A stretch of 64,000 bases of DNA. It comes from Abditibacterium sp. GTDB taxonomy: Bacteria; Armatimonadota; Abditibacteriia; Abditibacteriales; Abditibacteriaceae. Under the pieces are notes generated by a model. That model saw only the letters and a list, made by a program, of their open reading frames with translations, ran no database searches and was not told the DNA's origin. Shown piece by piece: positions 8,868 to 16,897 of this stretch. Numbering within the stretch: position 1 is the stretch's first letter; every line of letters starts with the position of its first letter. Both the position numbers and the translations under genes were made by a program. The stretch is taken from assembly GCA_965246885.1 (NCBI GenBank), contig CBDFFV010000001.1, positions 1-64,000 on the forward strand, read 5' to 3'.

Positions 8868-11015
8868 ATGAGATTTGTCCGTCCCGTTTTTCTGCTCGCG
8901 CTTCTTCTGGCGCCGTCGCCTTTGCGCGGGGTGTGGGGGCAAAGCGCCGCGCGCACGATGCGCTCCGAAGGTTACATCCTTGGCCCCGGCGACGTGTTGC
9001 GGATCAGCGTGGCTGGCTTTCCCGAATTCTCGCAGGAAACCCTTGCTGTTCCCCCCGATGGCAGCGCTTCGCTTGCGCGCATCGGCACTATCCGCCTGAG
9101 CGGTCGCACCCGCGCGGCGGTGCAAGAGGAAGTACGCCAACGACTCATCGCCCGCGTGCGCTTGCGCGATCCGCAAGTCACCGTCACGCTGTTGACCGTC
9201 CGGTCGGGCATCATCGGCGACGCTTCACTGAGCGGCGACGTGCCGCGCAGTGGCAACTTCCCGTTGCACGAAAACGAGCGCTTGTCCTCGCTGCTGGCCG
9301 AAGCGGGGCTAAACGACCGCTTGGACGAAAAGCGCGCCACCCTGTCGCGCGCAGGCGCTTCCTATGCCCTCGACCTGCGCGGCGCCGCGATGCACCCCGG
9401 CTCCAAGGCCGACGTTTTGTTGCGCGCGGGCGATGCCATCGCCGTGCGCACCCTCGCCCCGGCAAAAATCGTCGTTCTGGGTGATGTCGCGCGACCGGGC
9501 GTCTACGAGTTGCACCGCCAGCCCCGCCCCGAAGCGTATGAACTGGGGTTGGCGCCCCGGCTGAGCGACCTTCTTATCCGAGCAGGCGATTTGGCGTTCC
9601 CCGGAAGCGGCGCAGGCACCAGTGGCGGCGGCGCAGGCACCGGTGGCGGCGGCGCAGGCACCGGTGGCGGCGGCGCAGGCACCAGTGGCGGCGGCGCAGG
9701 CACCGGTGGCGGCGGAACGACGGGAGCGGTATCCGGGAGCGCGCCCGCCTCCCCCGGCGCGCCCGTTTCCTACGCCGCTACGCTTCAAAGGGACGGCGCG
9801 CGTTTGCCGCTGGACGTCGAAGCGGCGCGGGATGACGTCTTCGGGCCAGCGAACATCTTTTTGCACGCGGGGGACACCGTTTCCGTGCGGTTGGTGCGCC
9901 CCATCACGGTTTATCTGGACGGCGCAACGGCCAAGACCGGCTCTTTTGAATTGGCGCCGGGCGCGGGCGTGTTGCAACTGCTCGTTCTGGGTGGGCCGCT
10001 TTCCCGCGCGCCGGGCGAACTCAAGGCTTCCATCCGGCGCGGCGACACGACCATGCCGTTCGACCTCTCCGCCCTCTTGCTATCGAGCGAGTCGAGCGCC
10101 AACGTCCGTTTGCAAAACGGCGACATCGTCCAACTGCGCGAACCCGAAACCGTCAGCGTCAGGGTCGCGGGCGAAGTCGCCAAAACCGGCCCGCTCAAAG
10201 TGCGCCCCGGCGCCACCATCCTCGATGCCCTCCTCGCGGCGGGCGGCGTTTCGTCCAGCACGCCCGTCCAAAGCGCCCGCCTGAGCGTCTTGCGCCAAGA
10301 GGGAGACGGCTCGCAGCGCGTCTACGAGGCCAACGCCGCCGGGATTCTGGGGTTGACCGACGTTTCCACCAACATGGTGCTCCGCGATGGCGACATCATC
10401 AACCTCGCGCGCGGCGAAGACCAAACCGTGTTCGTCGCGGGCCAAGTCGCCACTCCCGGCACCTATCCGCTTGGAACCGGCGATAGCCTCGCGCAACTCA
10501 TCGTGCGCGCCGGAGGCGCCAAAGACGACGCGGCGCTGACAAGGGTGCGCGTGTCGCGCCGTGCCACCGATAAAACGCCTGCGACCGAAGTCACCATAGA
10601 CGCTTACGACGCCGTCAAAACGGGCGCCCCGCTCCCCTTTGCCCTCAAAGCGGGCGACACCATCTCCGTTCCCCTTAACACCAATCAAGTGCTGGCGATG
10701 CAAGCGTTCGCCAAACCCGGTTACTACGCCATTCCCGAACGCGGCCAACTGACGCTCTTCGACTTTCTCGCCAAGGCTCAGGTCGCGCCCGGAGTGCGCC
10801 GTTTGTACATCTCGCAAGCGGACGCCAATGGCAAGATTGACCCAAAGACCACGCCCGTGCGCACGATCAAGCTCGACGACATCCCGCGTGGGCGCCAACA
10901 GAACTTCGCGTTGGAACCGCGCGAGGTCATCTACGCCGAGTCGCCCAAAGGCCCCAAGACAAGCCCCTTCCAAGTCTTGTCCACGCTGGGCGCGCTCAGC
11001 TTTTTGTTTCCGTAA
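8868..11015 (+). CDS. wza: Polysaccharide export protein, Wza-like, with multiple SLBB domains
   Basis: Signal peptide, YILGPGDVLRISV Poly_export motif, repeated V.G.V..PG.Y SLBB units. Confidence 0.85.
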   Translation: MRFVRPVFLLALLLAPSPLRGVWGQSAARTMRSEGYILGPGDVLRISVAGFPEFSQETLAVPPDGSASLARIGTIRLSGRTRAAVQEEVRQRLIARVRLRDPQVTVTLLTVRSGIIGDASLSGDVPRSGNFPLHENERLSSLLAEAGLNDRLDEKRATLSRAGASYALDLRGAAMHPGSKADVLLRAGDAIAVRTLAPAKIVVLGDVARPGVYELHRQPRPEAYELGLAPRLSDLLIRAGDLAFPGSGAGTSGGGAGTGGGGAGTGGGGAGTSGGGAGTGGGGTTGAVSGSAPASPGAPVSYAATLQRDGARLPLDVEAARDDVFGPANIFLHAGDTVSVRLVRPITVYLDGATAKTGSFELAPGAGVLQLLVLGGPLSRAPGELKASIRRGDTTMPFDLSALLLSSESSANVRLQNGDIVQLREPETVSVRVAGEVAKTGPLKVRPGATILDALLAAGGVSSSTPVQSARLSVLRQEGDGSQRVYEANAAGILGLTDVSTNMVLRDGDIINLARGEDQTVFVAGQVATPGTYPLGTGDSLAQLIVRAGGAKDDAALTRVRVSRRATDKTPATEVTIDAYDAVKTGAPLPFALKAGDTISVPLNTNQVLAMQAFAKPGYYAIPERGQLTLFDFLAKAQVAPGVRRLYISQADANGKIDPKTTPVRTIKLDDIPRGRQQNFALEPREVIYAESPKGPKTSPFQVLSTLGALSFLFP
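9609..9713 (+). repeat. Coding 21-bp tandem repeat x5 (GAGTSGG/GAGTGGG Gly-rich linker in Wza)
   Basis: GGCGCAGGCACC(A/G)GTGGCGGC x5. Confidence 0.9.
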
Positions 11016-11030
11016 CCGCTCTTTCCATTC

Positions 11031-13220
11031 ATGTCGCCTTCATCTTCATCCAATAACTCCCCCCGCTCCAAAGGGGCGCCCGACGGTGGCGCGTCCGAAA
11101 ATGGCGCACGCCAAGCGCTCGCGCTCTTTGAAGGCGAGCCGCGCGAGGAGGAAGCGGCGACGCAAAACGGCAAGGGCGGAGCGCTCGAAGTGGCCGACGA
11201 CGCGGCCATCCGCGACTTTTACGCGCAACTGGTCACGCTTCTCACCCAAGAGAACGCGCCGCCCCCACCCAAGCCCAGTTCGCGCGGTTCGCTGCGCTTT
11301 GCCCTCAAGCGGCGCTGGCTGCCCGCGCTTGTGCTCGCGGCGCTCACGTTTTTGGGGCTGAATCACCTGTTGCGGCCCAAGCACATCAACTACACGGCTT
11401 CGGCGCAACTGCTGCTCCCGCCGCGTCCGGTGGTGGGCGCTGCCGATCCGCTCGCCCCGCCCGAAGCCAACTACGACACCGCCGCGCAGGTCGCGCTCAT
11501 CGGGTCGGAAGAGATCACCCAAAAAGCGATGACGCGCGTGCCCGCCGACCTGCGCCAAGCCGGGTGGGGCACGAGAGAGGTTTTCCCGCCCGATGTGCAA
11601 GTGGCGTCCGCCTCATCCGACAGCAACAGCAGCCTAATCGAAATCTCCGTTCCTTCGGGCGACCCCGACGCCTCACAGTTATTGGCGACCGAACTCATCA
11701 ACGCTTACACGCAGTTCAATCGGCAACGCGGCGCGGAAACGCGCGACGAGAACCTACGGCGTGCGAAGTCGCGCGTCACGCAAGTGTCGGCGGCGCTCGA
11801 ACGGGCGCGCCTTGACCGCGCCAATCTGAAAATTCGCTCCGGCGTGGGCGATGCTGGCATGGCCCAAGGCAGCGCGGCGGCCAACATCCAGCAACTGCAA
11901 AACTCTCTCGATGATGCACGCCGAAGCGCCGCCAGCGCGGGCACTTCCGACAGCACTCTCGCCACGCTCCGCAACCAATTGCAAACCACCCAAATCGCCT
12001 TGCAAACCGTGTTGCGCGATTTCTTCCCCGACTCCGACCGCGCCCGCGCCGCCCAAGCAGACGTAGACCGCGCTCAACAGGCCGTCACCGCCCGCGAAGC
12101 CGAACTGAGGAGCAACGCCGCATCACAAATCGCCCTTCTCGAAGCCTCGTTGCGCGCCGCGCGCGCCGACGCCCAGCGCCTGCCCGAAGTCGAGCGCGAG
12201 CAAAGCCGTCTCAATGACCGCATTGCCAATTTAGAGGGCGCCTTGACCGCCGCCACCGCCCGCGAAAACCAACTCGTCCAATTGCGCGACGTTATCGCAC
12301 AACCTGCCAAGGTCATCCGCTCGCCCGAAGTCGGCTCCAACCAAGGCGTTCAAAAACTCCGCGCCCTGTTCGCGGCATTGTTGGGCGCGCTCGTGGTGGG
12401 ATTGGTCGGGGCGATACTATTCGACCGGCTCGACAAGAGCGTGCGGGCCACGCCCGACCCCGAAACCTTGTGGAATGCGCCCGTTGTGGGCGCTTTGCCC
12501 AAAGGCACCGACGACGACACGCTGTTTCGTGCCACGCCCGACAAAAGCCGCGCCGGAGCCGGGGCGCGCACCCAAAACATCGAGGCGTGCTTTACCGCGC
12601 AGAGCAACATCCTCGCCCTTGCGGCGCAAGCCGGGGCGCGCTCCATCCTCTTTTCCAGCGCCCTGCCGGACGAAGGCAAAGCCGCCAGCGCCGCCAATCT
12701 CGCCGTCGCGATGGCGTACGGCGGACGCGAAACCCTCCTCATTGACGCCGACTTCCTCAACCCCACGCAGCATAAAAACTTCTTGTTGCCCCTCTCGCCC
12801 GGTTACGCGCACGTTCTGCGCGACCAGATGCCCTTGTCCGAAGCGATTCGCCCCACGAGCGTGGCGAACCTGTACGTGCTCACCCCCGGACTCGAAGCGG
12901 GGCAGGACGCAGGATTGGTGATGAGCCGTTTGGCGGGCGCGCCGCACACCAAGAACCTTGTGCTACTCAAGAAATACTTCGATGTCATCGTGATCGATGG
13001 GCCGCCGACGGACACCCTCGGCGACGCGCAACTTATCGCGCACTTGGCCGATGCCGTCGTGCTGGTGAGCGCCGAATCCACTCCGCGCGCCGAAGTGCAG
13101 CGCGCGCGCTCGATGCTGCGTTTATCGGGGGCGTTCCTGCTGGGCGTGGTCGTCAACCGCGTGCGGCGCGGCGAGGTGGCCGACTGGGACAAACACTCTG
13201 CCGCCGAAGCGGGGAAGTAA
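11031..13220 (+). CDS. Wzc-like polysaccharide co-polymerase with degenerate BY-kinase domain
   Basis: Two TM segments flanking a coiled coil; Walker A reads PDEGKAA; LLIDAD and VIVIDGPP present; no C-terminal Tyr cluster. Confidence 0.8.
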   Translation: MSPSSSSNNSPRSKGAPDGGASENGARQALALFEGEPREEEAATQNGKGGALEVADDAAIRDFYAQLVTLLTQENAPPPPKPSSRGSLRFALKRRWLPALVLAALTFLGLNHLLRPKHINYTASAQLLLPPRPVVGAADPLAPPEANYDTAAQVALIGSEEITQKAMTRVPADLRQAGWGTREVFPPDVQVASASSDSNSSLIEISVPSGDPDASQLLATELINAYTQFNRQRGAETRDENLRRAKSRVTQVSAALERARLDRANLKIRSGVGDAGMAQGSAAANIQQLQNSLDDARRSAASAGTSDSTLATLRNQLQTTQIALQTVLRDFFPDSDRARAAQADVDRAQQAVTAREAELRSNAASQIALLEASLRAARADAQRLPEVEREQSRLNDRIANLEGALTAATARENQLVQLRDVIAQPAKVIRSPEVGSNQGVQKLRALFAALLGALVVGLVGAILFDRLDKSVRATPDPETLWNAPVVGALPKGTDDDTLFRATPDKSRAGAGARTQNIEACFTAQSNILALAAQAGARSILFSSALPDEGKAASAANLAVAMAYGGRETLLIDADFLNPTQHKNFLLPLSPGYAHVLRDQMPLSEAIRPTSVANLYVLTPGLEAGQDAGLVMSRLAGAPHTKNLVLLKKYFDVIVIDGPPTDTLGDAQLIAHLADAVVLVSAESTPRAEVQRARSMLRLSGAFLLGVVVNRVRRGEVADWDKHSAAEAGK

Positions 13221-13223
13221 GGT

Positions 13224-13306
13224 GCTCACCGTGTGGCGGCTCACCGTGTGGCGGCTCACCGAGTGGCGGCTCACCGAGTGGCGGCTCACCGTGTGGCGGC
13301 TCACCG
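13224..13306. repeat. 15-bp tandem repeat GCTCACCG(T/A)GTGGCG, 5.5 copies, between convergent genes
   Basis: Units at 13224, 13239, 13254, 13269, 13284 and a partial at 13299 that contains the ABC transporter stop codon. Confidence 0.9.
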
Positions 13307-15211
13307 ATACGACTGCGCTTGCGTTTCAAACAGGTTGGCGTAAAGGCCGCCTTGGGCGAGCAGTTCCTCGTGCGTGCCGCGCGCGACCAAAACGCCTTTA
13401 TCGAGGACGCAGATCGAGTCGGCCAAGCGCACCGTCGAGAGGCGGTGCGAGATGAGTAGGGCGGCGCGGCCTTGCACCAATTCGCGGAACGACTCAAACA
13501 GTTCGGCTTCGGCGCGCGGATCGAGGGCGCTGGATGGCTCGTCCAAGATCAGCAGTTGCGACGGGCGTAAAAAGGCGCGCGCGAGGGCGATTTTCTGCCA
13601 CTGTCCGATGGAAAGCTCCTCGCCACCCGCGAAGTCGCGGCCCAACAAAGTATCCAACCCTTCGGGCAAGCGGTCGGCAATACGATTGACGCCCGCGCGA
13701 TACGCTGCTTCTTCGACTTGGCGGCGCGTGAGGGGTGACATTAGTTCGCGCCCTTCGGGAGAAACAACGTCGCTGTCTCTGGGGTGCGTGGCGGGCAAGC
13801 GCAGGTCGCCCAGCCAGATGTTCTCGGCGAGGGTGAGGGAATAGTGGTTGTAGTCTTGGAAAACCGCCGAAATGCCGCGCCGCCACTCGACGGGGTCGCA
13901 GTCGCGCGCGTCCACCCCATCGAGCGCGATGCGCCCGGCATCGGGGTCATACAAACGGCAGAGCAGCTTGACGAGGGTGGTTTTGCCCGACCCGTTCTCG
14001 CCCACAAGCGCCACCACTTCGCCCGGAGCAACCGAGAAAGAGATGTCTTTCAGGGCTTGGCGCTCGGAGTTGGGATAGCCAAAAGAGAGGTTCTCGACCG
14101 TCAAGCCGCTCTTCCAGCGCGTGGGCAACGCCTTGGGAACGGCGGGCGCGACGAGCTTGGGTTGCAAGTCGAGGAACTGATACAACAGAGACAAAAACGT
14201 GGTGTCCTCGTGAAGCGACAAGATGGAGCCGAGGGTGCCTTGCATCGAGCCTTGCGCGCGTTGCACCGCTCCGAAATACATCACCAAGGCGCCCAGCGAG
14301 AGGGTGCCCGCGAAGGTTTTCGAGGCGATATACGCGAGGAGCGCGAAGGTGGGCGCGACGACGAACAGTTGCACGCTCCCGTCGGCCAGCATGCGCCGCC
14401 GCGCCACGCGCAAACGTCCGCTTGATAGCCACGCGCGCATGGCGTCGAAGCGGGCGCTGAAAAAGGGCGCCATGTCGAACAAGCGCACTTCCTTGGCGAA
14501 GGGTTCGAGCGTCAGCAGGTAGTTGAAGTACCCCGCGCGGCGCTCGATGGGCGTGCTTTTCATCGTCCATTCCCAAAGAATGGACACAAAGCGCAAACGC
14601 ACGAACAAGCCCGGCAGCACCGACAAGAACAGCACGAACGGCACAATGGGATGGAGCGTGAACAGCAAGGCGCCGATGGCGGCGAGCGAAAAGAGGTTTT
14701 GCCCCAAGCTGGTCAGCCCGTTCACGATGCGCGTCGGGCGAAAGGGCGCTTCTTCTTGGGCGCGATGGAGGGAGTTGAAGAACTCGGCGTTCTCGAAATA
14801 CTCCAAATCCATGCGCGCCGCCTGTTTTTGCACGAGCGCGCTCATGCGCCGCGACACGACCAGCCCTTGCCCCTCGCTTACGAACGACGAAGCCGTCGAA
14901 CACAAAGAGGAAAGAAGCGCGACGCCGCCCGCGAGCGCGATGAGTTCGAGGGAAACGTGCCATGCCGCTTCGCGCGCGGCACCGGGCAGGAGCGTCGCCC
15001 CGTGCGTAACCGCGTCCACGATGCGCCCCAGCAACCACAACGAGGCGAGCGGCAAGATGGCGCCCGCCGCCACCAAAAGCAGCGACGCCGCCATCCACCC
15101 CGGCCCGCTTGACCAAACCAATTGGATGGCGCGTCCCAATAGTGCCAGAGAGCGCACGCGGCTCCAGATGCGGTGTTTCACAAAAAGAAGTAGTGTGGTC
15201 GAAGCACGCAA
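13301..15211 (-). CDS. ABC exporter (fused TMD-NBD), lasso peptide cluster D protein
   Basis: N-terminal TM domain; Walker A GENGSGKTT, signature LSIGQWQK, Walker B LILDEPSS; abuts the kinase gene; start uncertain. Confidence 0.9.
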   Translation of the reverse strand: MRASTTLLLFVKHRIWSRVRSLALLGRAIQLVWSSGPGWMAASLLLVAAGAILPLASLWLLGRIVDAVTHGATLLPGAAREAAWHVSLELIALAGGVALLSSLCSTASSFVSEGQGLVVSRRMSALVQKQAARMDLEYFENAEFFNSLHRAQEEAPFRPTRIVNGLTSLGQNLFSLAAIGALLFTLHPIVPFVLFLSVLPGLFVRLRFVSILWEWTMKSTPIERRAGYFNYLLTLEPFAKEVRLFDMAPFFSARFDAMRAWLSSGRLRVARRRMLADGSVQLFVVAPTFALLAYIASKTFAGTLSLGALVMYFGAVQRAQGSMQGTLGSILSLHEDTTFLSLLYQFLDLQPKLVAPAVPKALPTRWKSGLTVENLSFGYPNSERQALKDISFSVAPGEVVALVGENGSGKTTLVKLLCRLYDPDAGRIALDGVDARDCDPVEWRRGISAVFQDYNHYSLTLAENIWLGDLRLPATHPRDSDVVSPEGRELMSPLTRRQVEEAAYRAGVNRIADRLPEGLDTLLGRDFAGGEELSIGQWQKIALARAFLRPSQLLILDEPSSALDPRAEAELFESFRELVQGRAALLISHRLSTVRLADSICVLDKGVLVARGTHEELLAQGGLYANLFETQAQSYR

Positions 15212-16207
15212 TTAGCCCCGCGTTTCGCGCACCAGCCGCGTCACGGTTTCGATGGTTTGCGGCAACAGCGCGAGGTCGCGGCGGCGCGACAGTTCCCAGA
15301 CATGGCAGTGAGCGGCTAAGGCTGCGCACGCGCGAAAGTGCGCCACGCGCCGCGCGCCAGTCAAATACAAGTCACTCCAGCGCGCAGCGAAAGTATGGGG
15401 GAGCAACTGCCCCAGCGCTTCTCCCGGCGACAGCGCGCGGGCATCTATGTCGGGACGCGCGGGGTCATCGTGCGAAGCCAACAGGAAAACGTGTCGCAAC
15501 GGGCGGGCGGCGCTCGCAAGCGGGGCCATGAAGTACTGCTTGTCTACTAACCCCATGCCGTCCAGTTCGGGCGCCACGCGCGGGAGGGTGTCGGGCGCCG
15601 CCCCAACGACAGCGCGCACCGCGTCCGGCACCAATTTCATCGAACCAAATCCCACGCGCGCGAGCGGCGCTCCCAACGGCGCGTCGGACGCGAAGTCAAG
15701 GGCCAGCACATCGTCGCAAAACAAGGGATAACCCGCAAGCGAAAACGCGGCGCCAAGGGTGGATTTGCCTTGCCCCTTGTCGGCGGCAAAAGCGCAGGCA
15801 ACGGGTTGGCCATCGGCGTCAGTCATTTCAACGGCGCCCGCATGGAGCGCCAACCAACCGCGCGCTTCGAGCAAAAGGGCCAAAACGCTGCCAAGAAGGG
15901 GCACGCGCCACGTCGAAGCGGATGTGCCTTCAAGCGGCTCAACCAAAACGCGCGCGTCGCCCTCGATTTCAAAGCGGCCCACTTGGGCAAAAAGCAGGGA
16001 AGAAGAGTTCTCGGAAAAGCTCAAAACGTTCTCGATGGGGGCGTCGGGCGCGTTTCGTGCTTCAACTTCGGCGAGTGGTAAAGTCCTGCCCACTTCAATC
16101 GAAACGTCAGCGCCCCCACTCGCATCGAACGCGGGCAAATCGGGCAAGGCGAACTGCGATTGGAAGCGCAGGCCGTAAGCGAAGCGGCGGTCAAGCGGCG
16201 GGGTCAT
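15212..16207 (-). CDS. HPr kinase-like lasso peptide kinase (PadeK/ThcoK type)
   Basis: AYGLRFQS N-terminus, LALHAGAVE, GQGKSTL P-loop and CDDVL motifs; directly downstream of lasso precursors. Confidence 0.8.
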   Translation of the reverse strand: MTPPLDRRFAYGLRFQSQFALPDLPAFDASGGADVSIEVGRTLPLAEVEARNAPDAPIENVLSFSENSSSLLFAQVGRFEIEGDARVLVEPLEGTSASTWRVPLLGSVLALLLEARGWLALHAGAVEMTDADGQPVACAFAADKGQGKSTLGAAFSLAGYPLFCDDVLALDFASDAPLGAPLARVGFGSMKLVPDAVRAVVGAAPDTLPRVAPELDGMGLVDKQYFMAPLASAARPLRHVFLLASHDDPARPDIDARALSPGEALGQLLPHTFAARWSDLYLTGARRVAHFRACAALAAHCHVWELSRRRDLALLPQTIETVTRLVRETRG

Positions 16208-16221
16208 GGTGGGGTAGGGCA

Positions 16222-16254
16222 CAAAAACAAAAAAGGCCCGCAATGGAGCCTTTT
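16222..16254 (-). terminator. Rho-independent terminator after lasso precursor genes
   Basis: Minus strand AAAAGGCTC-CATTGC-GGGCCTTTTTTGTTTTT: GC hairpin followed by a U-tract. Confidence 0.7.
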
Positions 16255-16365
16255 GAGTTTTGTTTGCTGCGTATCAGGAAGATTGTGCGGCCAAAGCGCC
16301 CTTGTCCGGGCCGGAGTCAGCGATTCGTGGATTGCAGGTCGGTCGTTCTTTGAACGTGGTGTCTC

Positions 16366-16509
16366 TTACGAGAGGCTCGTATTAATGAGGCTCACGCTGG
16401 AGCCAGCGATCAAAGTGCGGTCGAGTTTGCTTCCGTGAGAGTTCTGCTGGGTGATTTGCGCAACGGTGCCATGAACGGTCAGTTGCGGGGTTTGGTAGGA
16501 TTTTTTCAT
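16366..16509 (-). CDS. Lasso peptide precursor A2 (47 aa): [47 protein letters not shown]
   Basis: Hand-translated and absent from the ORF track; YxxPxL leader motif, Thr at -2, Asp9, C-terminal Ser. Confidence 0.9.
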   Translation of the reverse strand: MKKSYQTPQLTVHGTVAQITQQNSHGSKLDRTLIAGSSVSLINTSLS

Positions 16510-16595
16510 CTGTTGGCACTTTGAAGTGGGAAGTGGGTAGAGATGATCCGATCCTTTGCTTGTCCCCTTAGCACCTTGGGAGGCGCCGTCTCAAG

Positions 16596-16733
16596 TTACG
16601 AGAACAAGAGGTTCTTTTTGGGAGTGTTCACGGGGAAGGAACGGTCGAGGTTGTCGCCGTCTTTGTTCCCTTGGGTGATTTGCGCAACGGCGCCGTGAAC
16701 GGTCAGTTGCGGGGTCTGGTAGGATTTTTTCAT
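16596..16733 (-). CDS. Lasso peptide precursor A1 (45 aa): [45 protein letters not shown]
   Basis: Hand-translated; strong SD AGGAGGTG 7 nt upstream; YxxPxL leader, Thr at -2, Gly1, Asp9, C-terminal Ser. Confidence 0.93.
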   Translation of the reverse strand: MKKSYQTPQLTVHGAVAQITQGNKDGDNLDRSFPVNTPKKNLLFS

Positions 16734-16826
16734 GTGTTGTCACCTCCTGTTTAAGTGGAATAGGGTTTGTCCAGCTAACCTCGGCCCGGACAAAAGCACC
16801 TAAGCACGTCTCATCTTCCTCTCCAA

Positions 16827-16856
16827 AGCATAGCATACGGTTTGGACGCGGTGCAA
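16827..16856 (-). promoter_or_regulatory. Putative sigma70 promoter for lasso precursors
   Basis: TTGCAC-18 bp-TATGCT with a TGn extended -10 on the minus strand, about 95 bp upstream of A1. Confidence 0.5.
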
Positions 16857-16897
16857 GCACAATTTTTCTTTTAACAGTTAAAGTTATCTACGGGCGC

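Noticed and set aside
16591..16860. 89-aa ORF from the track overlapping the precursor region
   Set aside because: Alternative frame over precursor A1; the A1 frame has the SD and lasso motifs.
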